Below, in pieces: positions 22,452-35,406 of a DNA stretch of 64,000 nucleotides. Numbering within the stretch: position 1 is the first letter of the stretch; the number at the start of each line of letters is the position of its first letter. A program made the translations under genes and the position numbers. The notes beneath the pieces were generated by a model, which was given only the letters and a program-made list of their open reading frames with translations, made no database searches and was not told where the DNA came from. The stretch comes from Schmidtea polychroa (Eukaryota). Location: contig CM097885.1 in NCBI GenBank assembly GCA_044892525.1, forward strand, positions 23,190,001 through 23,254,000, written 5' to 3'.

Positions 22452-23578
22452 CTAATTCTTTATTTTTGAGTCCTTGTTCTCTTTAACAATTGCAAATATA
22501 GATGTGCAATAAATCAAACAATCATTTGCTGATATTCTCTTATTTAAATTATAATCCAGCATTTTGTACAATAGTGGTAATAACTTATCATTCTCATCTA
22601 TACCTAATTTTAAATGCAATTTTTTCTCCGGAATTTCAATATTGTCTATTTTAATTTCGCAATTCATAATTTTCTGTTCTTCGTCATTTGGAACGCCCAA
22701 AATTTCAAAAATCTTTATTAACTGATCAGTTTCATTTTCTCCTTTGAAGATTACATCAAATAGAATCATTTCCATGAAAACAATAGCCATTGACCAGATA
22801 TCTATCGAAAGATTATACATTTGATTTTTACATAACAACTCTGGAGCTCGGTAATATCTAAAATTTATTCATTTTAAAATTAAAAAAAAAACAATGAAAA
22901 AAAAAATTTTTAAAAATTTATATAAAATAATTAATACCTTGATCCAACATTGACTGCATTCGATGAACCGGATTCAATTAATTTTGAACATCCAAAGTCA
23001 GCAATTTTAATTAAATCTTGATCAATATCTACTAAAATATTTAGACTTTTAATGTCTCTATGTCCAAAACGTCGAGAGTGCATAAAATCTAAGGCAGATA
23101 GCAAACTAAACATGAAATATTTCCTAGTTTCATTCGATAGAATAATTTTCTCATATCGCAATCTTTGAATTAAGTTATACAAAGATTCTGGCATCAATTC
23201 CATTACTAAACATTGTTTTATACCGTTTTTTGTTGCGTAATTAAAATGATATTTTAAACTAAGAATATTTCTATGACGATCACTAAGTAATGAATGGATT
23301 TCTCTTTCTCGACCGTTTCTATCACTTCTTTTTATGGCCAATATTTGAATCTTTTCTTCATCCAATGAATATTTTGTAGGCAATATTTTTACGTAAGCAG
23401 CAAACACATTTGCGAATGTTCCGGAACCAATATCTTTAATACATTTGACTTGCAATAGAACCTCGGAATTAGAATGTATCACATAAGATTTATATCTGTT
23501 TGAAAATTGAGAAAATGTATTTGTTGTGATTTGACTATGCGTTCTACTGAAATTTGATCGAAAACTGTATACGCTCAT
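22452..23578 (-). CDS. Divergent GSK3-like CMGC Ser/Thr kinase, two exons (intron 22858-22937), 348 aa
   Basis: GSGTFANV, AIK, HRDIKSLN, DFG, spliced SRYYRAPEL, IDIWS. Confidence 0.88.
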
Positions 23579-24748
23579 TGAAAATTAAAAAAGAATATTT
23601 TAAAAACAAATAATTTTGATTAAAATTTTATTTAGTTGCAATAAATTTTTACAATCAATAATTAAGATATTATTTAATATTTACGTAACACAATTATAAA
23701 TTTTGGATAAATTTTAAAAAATTTCTTTTCCAAAACCTGTATTATATAATTTACGTAAATAAAGTTTCAAGTGTAATTATTTTTTATTTGAAATATTACT
23801 TGTAATATTTATGTAACTTAAATATTATAATTTCAGGTGTAGTTACTTTTAATTTGAAAAAAAACCTACACTCAATTATGCACATTTAACTTTACGAAAA
23901 TATTTTAAATATTTAATCAATGACATATGGTAGGTTAAAACAATTTTTTTGTTTAATAAAAACACAAAAAGCTAAACAAATGAAATATATTCTCAGTCTG
24001 TCGTCATAACGGAAACAAAAAATGACATAATAGTTATAATTTAACGAGTTAATTAAACAATCTCAATAAATTCTTTGCTGATTGAATGATAATTTTAGGG
24101 AATTATGATTTGATCGCCAATGTTTCAAATAAAATTCTTTCCCATTTATTATTAAAATTTTAAAATTTTAAAATCTTTTAATTCATTTATCCATTTAAGA
24201 TGTTTTTATATGCTCAATAATATTACTTCTTAAAATCGTCTGTTTTTGAACCCGTATCTGGAGAACACCGTAAATTTTTCTCATTTATGTAACCTTGCAC
24301 CGATTACATGAAAACTTATACTTCAGATCAAACACTAAATATATTGGGATATATAAATGTATTCCTAAACACATTTAATGATTTTCAAAATCTATAATCA
24401 TTTCAATAGAGAAAACTTGAAGTATCTAAAACCTTTCGAATATGGAATAACTAAATTATGAGATTTTAAATGTTTATTATCATTAAATGAACTATAATTT
24501 TCATTGTTTTTATCAAGCGCAATTAAAAGGGAGATCAATGGTTTCCTTAGTCAACCTTCCCACAAAACCCTTTTAATATTCATTTTTATTCAAAAAAGAT
24601 GTGTACTTTTACTAAATTTTTCAAACTTAGACAATAATGACCATGATTTAAAAATCAAGCCTTTTATCAGCGCCGTACCATCGCATGTGCAACAAGGGTA
24701 ATCGAACAGGGTAAAATATTATATGCACTACAAAACTAAAATTAATTG

Positions 24749-24826
24749 AGGCCTACAATAGGTCTACAATAGGTCTACAATAGGTCTACAATAGGTCTAC
24801 AATAGGTCTACAATAGGCCTACAATA
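24749..24826 (+). repeat. 11-bp tandem repeat (AGGYCTACAAT) x7
   Basis: Direct reading. Confidence 0.9.
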
Positions 24827-24948
24827 TCACAGAAAAGACTTTCTGGTTTCACAATATTGTCGATTGAAAATGGAACGCCCAGGACAATTGATTACCATGA
24901 TATGATTGATTTATTTGCCTCCAAAAGAACTAGAAAAATTGCTTTATA
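24826..24948 (+). pseudogene. hAT transposase C-terminal fragment
   Basis: SQKRLSGFTILSIE...MIDLFASKRTRK. Confidence 0.65.
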
Positions 24949-25299
24949 ATTTCTTTATTATTTTTTAATTAATCAACAATTGTATGATATCTTCATTCCA
25001 TAGAGAAAAAAACAATTTATAGCAGATGTAAAATCTGTGGCATTCGTTGATGACTGTAAATGCATACGTTGTCCGAATTTTTTTTTTAATAATTTGATTA
25101 TTTAAAAAAGGAGTAAACATAAACAACCAAACGGAAAGAAAATTTTTAAACATTCAGAGTGAAGAAAATGATGATATTTCGTAACCGGTTTCCTGTTCAA
25201 ACAATACATTCGATTTGAAAAAGAATAAACTGCTTATAATATTCTTATAAAATACAAGTGGACCTTGTTAGCGCTCGTCCTTTAAGTTAGCAGTTCGTG

Positions 25300-27006
25300 A
25301 TCTTCAATACCAACTTAGCTCCGGCTCATGGCGTTCAGAATGATTCTTATTTTTTCCTCAATGGGATCAAAATGAAAGAAATGGATAGGCACTTTTGGGC
25401 ACTTTTTGCACACACGAGTTATTAGCTTTCAATCTCGAATTTTGCATTAACTCATCAAACTGATTCAGTTTTACTTAGCATCTGAATGGAATTTAACCTA
25501 CAATTACTTCCAGTTTTTAGTGTTAGGTTCAACAGCATTATCGTATGTTTCGTTTTTGGTCAATATATAACATTGCAATTAAAATAAATCTACCTTTGGT
25601 TTCTCCACCTTGGTTCCATCAGGATTTCTTACAGACACATAATCACGCTTCCCTGGGGCTTGGTATGATACATCATCCTTTATATAGAATGACTGAACAC
25701 GTTCCACAACAGTTTGGCTTATTACATAGGAACCACGGGGATGCTTCTTAGGTTTCATCCCATATTCTGTCTGGATTCGGTGGAAGATGTGCGCACATTT
25801 CCTGGGTGAACCAGGAAGAGCTGTCTTCATTGAATGTAGAACCCTGAATCCATGACCATATGTATAATAATCAAATAACGTTTAATAAAGTTCCGATATT
25901 CTGCAAATAAATTAATATCGCATAATACCTGTTAAACGCCCTAGTTTCGGAACTTTGTGAGCCATATGGAGAAGACATGTTTGTGCATGATGGCTCATCG
26001 TGAGCAATATTCTTTTTTCTTTGACGGTATGCCACTACTCTTAACCGTGTCTGAAGCTTTATTTTATCCCTTTTAGCTTTCGGTTTTCGTCGAGAATGGT
26101 ATTCTTTCTTGCGAGCATTCTCCTTTTCTTTATATTCTGGGTGTCGTTCCCGGAACTCCTTTTTCCGTTGTGCATTGGTTTTCGCCATGATCTGAAATTA
26201 AATTCCATAAAGGTTCATTCATAATCATTGAGTTAAAAAACATCTTTGATGAAACTATAAACTATATCAGGCCTAAGTTTAAAATTATGATGTGTAAGTT
26301 TTATAAGATTAATACATAGTGTATAACTGATTCCTATTCTTCATCCTAGGTCTATCGCTTCTATAAAGCTATTAGGGTGTGCCACTTTAGGAAATTATTC
26401 ACTTTAACTGTTTCATCTGATATAGAGAGAAAATACGACAGTAACGCGCATAACGAAAGAGGTAGCGCGCGTAACAATGAAAGTAACGGGCGTTACTGAA
26501 TGTTTTTTGTTCATGACAGGTAAAATATAAAGATTTTACATTCAAGAACAGTATAAAACCGTTTCTATTTTGTAAAAGTTAGGGATGAATGGGGGTTACA
26601 CATACAATTATATGGAAATTATATAGTGTTTTTGTTATGCGCGTTACAAAATATTTACACACATTTTAAAAGCAAATTACTTTCATTGCGTGCAAATAAA
26701 ACATATAAACTGATAAAATAAATCATTAACAATGTATATATTTATTAAAAATATTAATTACAGTATCAAAAATGCACGATAAAGTATATTCAAACTTACG
26801 GAAATAAAACGCAGTAATGATCATAAAAAATATAAACAATTATTGCAACAAATTAAATTACACTTTATCATTAATGCCTTGAACGTTTGTCACAAAATTT
26901 CATATTCATATTGTTTGATATATTACTTAATAGAAACAGTCAAAACATATTGTAAAATTAATAGAAATTTTTTCAGTCAGGCTGTCCTGTTTGCATGGAA
27001 TTGACC
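25300..27006 (-). mobile_element. Degenerate DNA transposon, possibly Sola2-like
   Basis: VQSFYIKDDVSYQAPGKRDYVSV motif, basic N-terminal ORF, candidate terminus GGTCAATTCCATG at 27006; superfamily uncertain. Confidence 0.45.
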
Positions 27007-27419
27007 TGATGAGGCACCTCTAAGTGAAAACCAATTTCTTTCAAATTTCAATGCTATCCCTTTTTCATGAAATGGAACACTTTTAAAGGGTGGGAGCATA
27101 GAGTTTTTCTGCAAAAAAATTTTCAATACAAATAAGGATCACCCTAATATAAATATATAAATTGCATTGAAAAGTTTGGAATACGAAGAAAAAAATACAC
27201 ATGTATATAATTGCTTTTTTAAAAATAGCAGTCGTGGTTGTCAATCACATATACATAAAAGAAAAATCTATTTTAATTACAACTGTCGTCACTGAATAAT
27301 AATCTTCGCGCCAATTTTCTGGCATGTGGTTCGAAATAACTTTAGCTTTCGGAAGAACTACCAAAATATTCTGTTTCATTAAAATAGCATCAATTTCACC
27401 ACTTTTCTGTTTGACACGC

Positions 27420-28790
27420 TTTTATGCACAACAAAATCAGTGATCAAAATTTGTTTGGATTTTCTTGATTCAGTGACTAATTGTTTATGCAGTTCTTTAT
27501 ATCCAGAAATACTGAATTGTTTATGCAGTTCTTTATATCCAGAAATACAATTTTTGAGCCCGCGTTGGAACTTGAAAGCTCATTCAGAATTTGTATCATG
27601 AAGAATAAAAAAGTTTTCTAGTTTATTGCAAAGCTGTAAACTTTCTCGAATAATTTTTGCCGTAAATGGAACAGGATTTTCTTCTTCCACATCTTCATTG
27701 TTTTCTGGTTTATTGACAGCATCCATAATTAAAGCAATAACTTCATCATCACTTAATCCACTATTCGTTAGCAATTCTTCTATATCATTTTTGTTGAAAG
27801 TATCAAACCCTTCCCCTCCATAGCAATGACTTCATCTTATATTTCAGGAATAGTTTTATTGCCGGTGACACATTCAGGTCATATTGCTTTCCAGCATGAA
27901 TTTAAAGTCGTCAGCCTTAACTGATTTATAGCGGATGTAACGTGAATAATACAATCCAGAATTTTAAATTTTTTCCAAATTCCGGTTAATGTTATCGAAA
28001 TCTTCTATTTTATCGAAAATTCTTTGATACGTACTTTTTGATGTAATATTTTTTAAAAATATCAATTATCTCTTGATCTAATGGCTGAATTAGGCTGTCG
28101 TATTTGGTGAAATAAAAAGTATCTGTACATCGTTATGTTCTATATGTACATTGTCGAGGATTAATAAAACAATGATATTCGATCTTTACTAGCTCGATCC
28201 ACTAGCTTTCTTTTCAGATTTTGCGATGTAAGTTCTAATAGGCATTCTTTTCCAAAATAATCCAGTTTCGACTGCGTTGAATACCTGATGGGGACAATAT
28301 CCTCCATCTTTAATAATTTTAATCAATTTCTCTGGAAACATTTTGGCTTCTTGATTTGCAGATGTGACATCGCCACAAATCTTCAAATTATGAAATGCAT
28401 TCCTTTTCAAGAATCCACTTAACCATCCGTTACTAGCGATAAACTTTATATCTTCCATGGAACTTGAAAAAGTAGACGATTCTTATTTTTCAATTTCTTC
28501 ATAAAATTTACACGCTTTTTCCTGAAGTAAATAATCGCCTATAGGGATACTTTTTTTGTTAAATCAATATTCTGAGCACTTGTTCTGTTTTTTCTAATAT
28601 GTTATCTCCTGTATTGGATGATAATTTTGAGCTTAACTTCGTGCCCTCAATAATCGATTTTTTATTGCAATTTCATTTTTCTTTATTGCTCTCATAGTCG
28701 ATTCCCCAATCTCGCATATTCTATCTTCTTTTTGCAAGGAATCTAAAATTTCAATTTTTCTTTTCAAAGAAATTGCTTTTCTCCATATTT
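27420..28790 (-). pseudogene. Degenerate Tigger/pogo transposase
   Basis: FIASNGWLSGF...VFNAVETGLFWKRMP (CENP-B HTH/DDE_1 pattern). Confidence 0.85.
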
Positions 28791-29202
28791 GGGTAAATTA
28801 ATTCTAAAATTAAAATGCATTATTATAAAATTAAAATAGAAACTCACTTGAAAAACAAAGAAGATGAAATTACATGTCGTCTCTTATAATCTGCTCAAGA
28901 CACTGAACAATGAACTTGTGCTATAGGACTCCCCTGTTTCGCACCTGTATGTGACTCATGTTTAGCATGCCGTGCATGTTTTTCAGGTCGTTTTAAAATG
29001 AACTAGCTAAAATCTGATCTTATTACGGCAAAATTTGAAAATAGTACATGTTTATACGTAATTATTTTTTTAAAAATTGTAATTTAAAAACCGCATAACT
29101 TCAAAATCGCACAAGTGGTTTTCACCACTGATTTTTCTTCATTGAATTTATTAAAGAGTTTGATGTTTTTTGATATTCACGAATTCACAGCTTTTTTTCA
29201 AG

Positions 29203-29205
<3 letters not shown>

Positions 29206-29268
<63 letters not shown>
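29206..29268. repeat. (TA)n microsatellite
   Basis: Direct reading. Confidence 0.95.
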
Positions 29269-29272
<4 letters not shown>

Positions 29273-29728
29273 AAATATAAGTAAATTATAATATAATATA
29301 TAAATAAATATGTATGCAGTGTAAACTCTACAATAGCCCCGATGAAGTCCGCGGAGCGTATGTTGTTGAAAAGAAAGAGTAGGTAGACATAGGTTGAGTA
29401 GGCAGGCATGTGCAAAGTGTTGTCACTTCTGACACAAATTATCGTAACTAGGAAAAATACAAAGATTAATAATATAACAAATTTATTAATTATAAATTTC
29501 TGAAGCTGATAATGATTTGGCTGGCAAGCGTGCTGAAAAGTTCTGGTGTCCAGAACTTCATTGTTGATATTCATCTTTTCTTTAGTGTTAATCAATATAA
29601 AATCGCTGTGATTGGAATTTAGTGAAAGTGACATAAGATGTTCCTTTGATAGTGTGGATTGGAATTATTGTAATCAGGACTTCTGGTTTTTCTGATTATT
29701 AAAACAAATAAACTGTTTTTTAAATTAT

Positions 29729-29903
<175 letters not shown>

Positions 29904-30382
29904 TAATATATAAATAAATAATAATATACAGTATAGTAGTTGACAGAGAAAATTGACGTTTATGAATTTAAATATGACACAAAATTATTTGATCTAAATA
30001 CATACTTATATAGTTTTTGAATCGCTTTCAAAAAGTGTTCCACGAATGAATCAACGATACAAGCATATAAACACACATTCTTTTGTTCTTTATATATTGG
30101 ATTATGTTCATAAACTTACCAGAAACATGTATTATGTCGGATATTTTAGTTGCAATCATTGTTACCTCCAATTTTGAAGAAATTTAGTTTGTAAATTTAA
30201 ATAATCGGATTTTAATCTATTGTTTAAGCTAAAAAATTACAGACGCATTGAATTTGTAACCAATTAAATTCAAGAAATAATTAGGAAATTATTTTTTGTT
30301 CAATCAAAATTGATAAAATATAATTACGGTATTTTAAAAATATGTATTTTTGAAGATCAAGTTTAATAACTTAGACTGTGAT

Positions 30383-30766
30383 CATGGGCGCCGGCAAATA
30401 ATACAATACAAAATTTTTGAAATTTTAACTGACACATTAAAAAAAACTTTCGTTCTAAAAAATTTATTTATATAATATGAATATCAAAGAAATAAGTCTA
30501 AAACAAAATAATAAAATAACTCTTGCAAAACTAAATAAAATTTAGAAGTATTGAATTTTATACAATACAATACTACCGTAGGCCAGTAGACTGCAGTCTA
30601 TATTCAAAGATTTTCACCAAAATAGTCAATTAGTTATTATTTAGGTCTCATAGAGGTCCGATTTTCTCAAAAATATGTTGAGGGTCTTAAAAGATTTGAC
30701 ATAATTCTCCTCCAAGACCTTGTTTTATAATGCACCACCTTTCAAAAAATCCTGGCGGCGCCCTTG
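30383..30766. mobile_element. Old hAT-type MITE
   Basis: Imperfect TIRs CATGGGCGCCG/CAAGGGCGCCG; flanks ACTGTGAT/ACTGCTAT (6/8 match). Confidence 0.55.
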
Positions 30767-30959
30767 ACTGCTATCGTTTCTTTAAAGAAGATTATTCTAT
30801 TTAATTCAACAAACTTGATTTCATGCATGAAAATTATTATTTTATTGAAGTATTTTTAGTAATTGTAAATTTTAACCAATAAACTGTTTATTCTGTTAAT
30901 TTATATCATATCCATAAAATATTCAAGAAACAATTATAAAAAAATATTATACATTATTA

Positions 30960-33952
30960 GCACTGGCGGATTCAGACTATCTGATGGTAGCTTATTAGAC
31001 AATGACGATTCTGATGTGATGACACATGAAGGTAATTTTTGACAGTTACTAAAATTTGAGTAAACTGTGGCGATTCAAATTTTGAAAATCATTTGAAAGC
31101 ATCTAGAGCAGCGGTTCTCAAATTCTTTGAAATTTTATGCGAGGCGGTCCCTTTAAAAATTGTTAGATAGCTTGCGGACCCCTAATAATAAAAAATAAAA
31201 AAGGTATAGCAAATAAAACATATATATTGAGAAAATATTACATCGTAAAGTTAAATGACAATTTTAATGCGACGGATGCAGGCGTTTTTCCAGAACTAGA
31301 GCTTCTAGGTTTGGCTTTGTCTTGGCCAGATCAACTCGCATATCATTTGTCGCGCATAATCTATTTCTTGCTTTTGTTTTAATTGTAAGTAGTGTAGAAA
31401 AGGCCGACTCACACTCATAGGTGGTTGCAAATGGAATGAGGACTTTTAGAGCCATCTTTGCAACATCAGGATAGGACAGTGCCATTTCAATCCAAAAGTC
31501 ACTACAGCAAGTTCCACGGAAAACATGTTTTGCACCCTCATCGTTTATTAAATCAATAAGTTGTTCCTGAACTAAATTGTCGTCCGAGGGCAGGTCACTA
31601 ATGGATAATTCAAATGGGTTAGTGATAAACCGATGGTGTTTTTCAAATTCTAGCAGATCAGGAAAATAGTGAGACATTTCTTTGCTAAGAACGAATACAT
31701 GCTGTTTCATCATTTCAAGAATATCGGCATCGACTTCAAGCTCATTTTCATCAATATATGTATTCAGCTGCGGAAATGGAGCAAAATTCTTATTCTCTAA
31801 CTTTGTAATCCATAGTTCGAGCTTCATTTTGAAAGCCGTCAATTTTTCATGACAATGTAGCACTGTGATATCTTTTCCTTGCAACGCCAGATTGATATAA
31901 TTCACGGATTCAAATATGTCTACCAAAAATGACAAGGAAATAAGAAAACGGACATCGGAGAATTTTGTGTGCATGTCTGGTTTGGTATCTTTCAAAAATT
32001 GCTGAATTTCTTTATGGAGTATAAAAACCCTCTTCAAAACTTTCCCTTTGGAAAGCCACCTCACGTGTGAGTGCAACAAGAGTTTTTCAATTTCGGAATC
32101 ACTTTCTTTGCATAACTCGGAAAACAAACGAGAGTTAAGTGCATTTGATTTTATGAAATTTACATCTGTAATCACATGATTGAGAACATTTTTCAACTCG
32201 TCAGGCATGGTTTTTACCATTAAAGCTTGGCGATGAATAGTGCAGTGTGTACCAATCATGTTTGGGGATTTTTGTTTAACCAAAGTTTGAAACCCAGAAC
32301 GACAACCAAGCATTGCTGGAGCACCGTCAGTACACACGCCAATAAGATTTTCCCATTTGATATCATGCGCTTCAAAGAATCTGTCCACTTATTCAAAGAT
32401 TTTTTTTGCAGTTCTGGTATTGAGAGTTTCACAGAACAAAAATTCATCTTCCAGGTGTTTATCATACGTATATCGTACGTAGACGCAAAGTTGATATTAT
32501 ATCTTTGCAGCAAGGTAATATCAACTCTTCTCCAATATTGTGTGGTTTTTACCCCCGCGGCTATTTTCCTTGAAACCTCATAGGACGCCCTCAGACCAGC
32601 CTTAATGTTCTGCGACCAGATTCCTGTGTCATCAATCCTGGAGTTGTGCAGTCGTTCGGCTTGGCGCTTAAAGAAGTCGACATCTTTGGTCATTGAGCTG
32701 GGATGCTTCGTTTCTAAGTGTCTCTTTAACTTGCTGGGTTTAAGAGAAGATGGTGCCAGCACCTGAGAACACAAGACACACTGTGGTTTCTCTTCACCTT
32801 TCGAATTTATTACAGTAAACCCATATTGTAAATATGAAATGTCATATCTCATTTTCTTTTTGGTGGGCATCTTAAATCTAAAAAAATCGATAAAATAAAA
32901 TAAAATTATAAATTTATAAAATTATACAGTAAAAGTTAATGTTTTTTATACCACAAACTGTTTACAAGAAAATAAAATACTAAATGTGATGCGTCGTTCA
33001 CTCGGAGAAAATACAATTAAAGGCAAAGAATAAGCAGACAGGCCTGCTATATAAACCCTCGAGGTTTGACCGAGTCGAGGTGACAACGTTACAATTTAAA
33101 ACAATGACGTCACAAATTAGCATACAACCTCAACATGCATGCAAAATATTGGAGACACAAAACGCAGTTTTACTCCGTAAGGGGGCTAATGTTGAATTGA
33201 TTTTTAATAACAGAAATGATTAAATTATTTTTTGATGTTTTTTTTAAATGATTTAAAAAAATGATTTAAAAAAATAAATATGCGTTAGCTCGTAGCGGTC
33301 CCCACTTTGCGAACCGCTGATCTAGAGCGTCAGCAACATACATTAGCAATACCACACAAAATGCATTAATTGAATGCTGTGGAGAAGAAATATGTGAACA
33401 AATTTTGAGTCGTGTTAGAGAATCAAATTATTATGCTATTATGTTTGACAAAACAACTGATGCATCACATAACTCACAAATGACTACAATATTACGTTAT
33501 GTGATATCTGATGGATCAGTTCGAGAAGATTTTGTTGGATTTGTTGATCTGCATACCCAAAATTATCAAGCTGAAATTAATACATCCATTGACAATGAAC
33601 CTATTCTTGACTCCAAAATTATTGGTCAATCGGTTATAAACATGTTAGAAAAAAAGTTACACCTTTCTCTAGAAAACTGTGTCGGTGTGGGAACAGAAGG
33701 TTGTAGTGTTATGTCGTCATTGCAAAAGGAGTAGTAGTTGAAATTCAAAAAGTTGCAGTGAATGCTGTTTGGTGTCCATGTTATGATCATGGTTTATATT
33801 TAACTTTATCAAAGAGTTCAAACGTACAAGTAATAAGAAATTGTTTGGGTGTTCTTAGCGAAGTTGTTGATTTTTTCAATGCTTCTGCAAAACGAAATTT
33901 TATAATAAAGAACATGCTAAATTCACAATTTCACAGATTTCTTGGTTCATAA
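30960..33952 (+). pseudogene. Decayed hAT transposase (THAP12/ZMYM1-like) interrupted by a second hAT
   Basis: NHLKASRA|SATYISNTTQNALIECC...FDKTTDASH reads across the insertion. Confidence 0.75.
31109..33319 (-). mobile_element. hAT (Buster/Charlie-type) with frameshifted transposase 31264-32870
   Basis: TIR CAGCGGTTCKCAAA; TSD ATCTAGAG at 31101-31108 and 33320-33327; BED finger, CTDGAPAM, CESAFS. Confidence 0.95.
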
Positions 33953-35179
33953 CAAAACGTGAATATGCCGATAGTAGAAAATCAATCAAGTAATATTATC
34001 AAAGCACACAAACCTATCTGTGTGTAAAGTTTTAATGTTGCAGAGAATAATAACTTTTATATAGAATTGAAAGTGTTAGAAATAAATTAAACACACAAAC
34101 AACAATTATCAAAAAATGCATGTAAACTTTCGATACGTAAAAATATTTCATGGAATATTTAATTGTATTATTTTGGAAAAAAGGCAGATTAAAATAAAGA
34201 ATTCAATGCCAAAGACATTGCTGAATTCAAATTTGTTAGAAATATAAGAAAATAAAGAGAAAAACAGTAAATGATGTAAATGAATTTCATTTTAAATGTT
34301 TATTATGAATGCCAAAATATTAATTTAGCTACATGATTTAAAAATTTGGAGCGAAATATTTTAAAAAGTCAAATAAAACCTAAAACATTGTATTTGCCAC
34401 TTTAGTCCAAAAATGGATAAATAAGTAAAAAATATGTGTCTAATAATATAAAACATAAAGGTTCAGTTTAAAAAATAAATATAATTCACTTTAAATTGCA
34501 AAAACTCCAAGAAAAAACAAATTCAGAAATTTTATGAAAAAGCTGATGACAAGTCATGAATCATTCATATGTTTGCACAAAAACCTGTATTATAGAAGTT
34601 TTTATTCCTTATCATCATCCTAATATTTATTTTCAAGTTAAAATTAATTTAATATTTCCTTAGGAAATTTCTGTCAAAACCTATTGTGCATAAATTGTAC
34701 ATTTTATTTATAAGTTTTAAAAATATAAAATTAATAAGGAATCTTACAAATTGACAAAAACCGAATGATAAATTCTATTATTTGAATTTTGTCTAAATTC
34801 GTAGATTTCTCTCGAAATGTATAAAAAATAGATATTTTTGAATTTAATTAGTTTTTTAAATAAATAATTGTTCTATCTTATTTTAAATTGAAATATTTCC
34901 ACAAATATGATAAATAATTTTCTGAAAATGTAGAAAAATTAATAGTAAAATCCTGGAATCGAATATTTTATGATAACAGATTATTCATCACGTTGATTAT
35001 AGAGTGTATCTCAGCGGAGTTTGGTCTATCACCTGTATGTGTTAATTTCCTTTTGCTATATATTATGTATATGATATATTATGTGTATGGTGATCAGTAC
35101 AATGTTTGTGTGTATATTGCATTTTTGTGCATTTTACTGATATTGCTCATTTTCGAGATTTTCAAAATGTATTGCCCGC

Positions 35180-35406
35180 TAGATCATGACTCATTTCCGA
35201 GAATTTCAAAAAGTATATGCCTTCTAGATCACTTAATAATATTTTAAAAATTGATGAATCATCGAACGAGTCATTGTCTTTTTCCAATGAGCTTGATGAG
35301 TCATCGAATGAGTAATATGCCCTTGAATGTTTCATAGCCTTTGTTTAAAATTTTATAAATTTTTTTTACCAGGGGAGGTGATTTAGCGGCAACACTTCCA
35401 TTTACT
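35180..35406 (-). repeat. Orphan degenerate Polinton TIR
   Basis: TGACTCA/TGAGTCA motifs, G-run, end CCATTTACT resembling the CCATCTACT end of element A. Confidence 0.65.

Noticed and set aside
27003..27035. Hammerhead-like CTGATGA...GAAA
   Set aside because: Stem II cannot form
29335..29375. Penelope-type hammerhead remnant CCGATGAAGTCCGCGGA
   Set aside because: Core mutated and GAAA missing; no supporting RT or endonuclease
29185..29634. 149-aa ORF
   Set aside because: Runs through (TA)n; no domain
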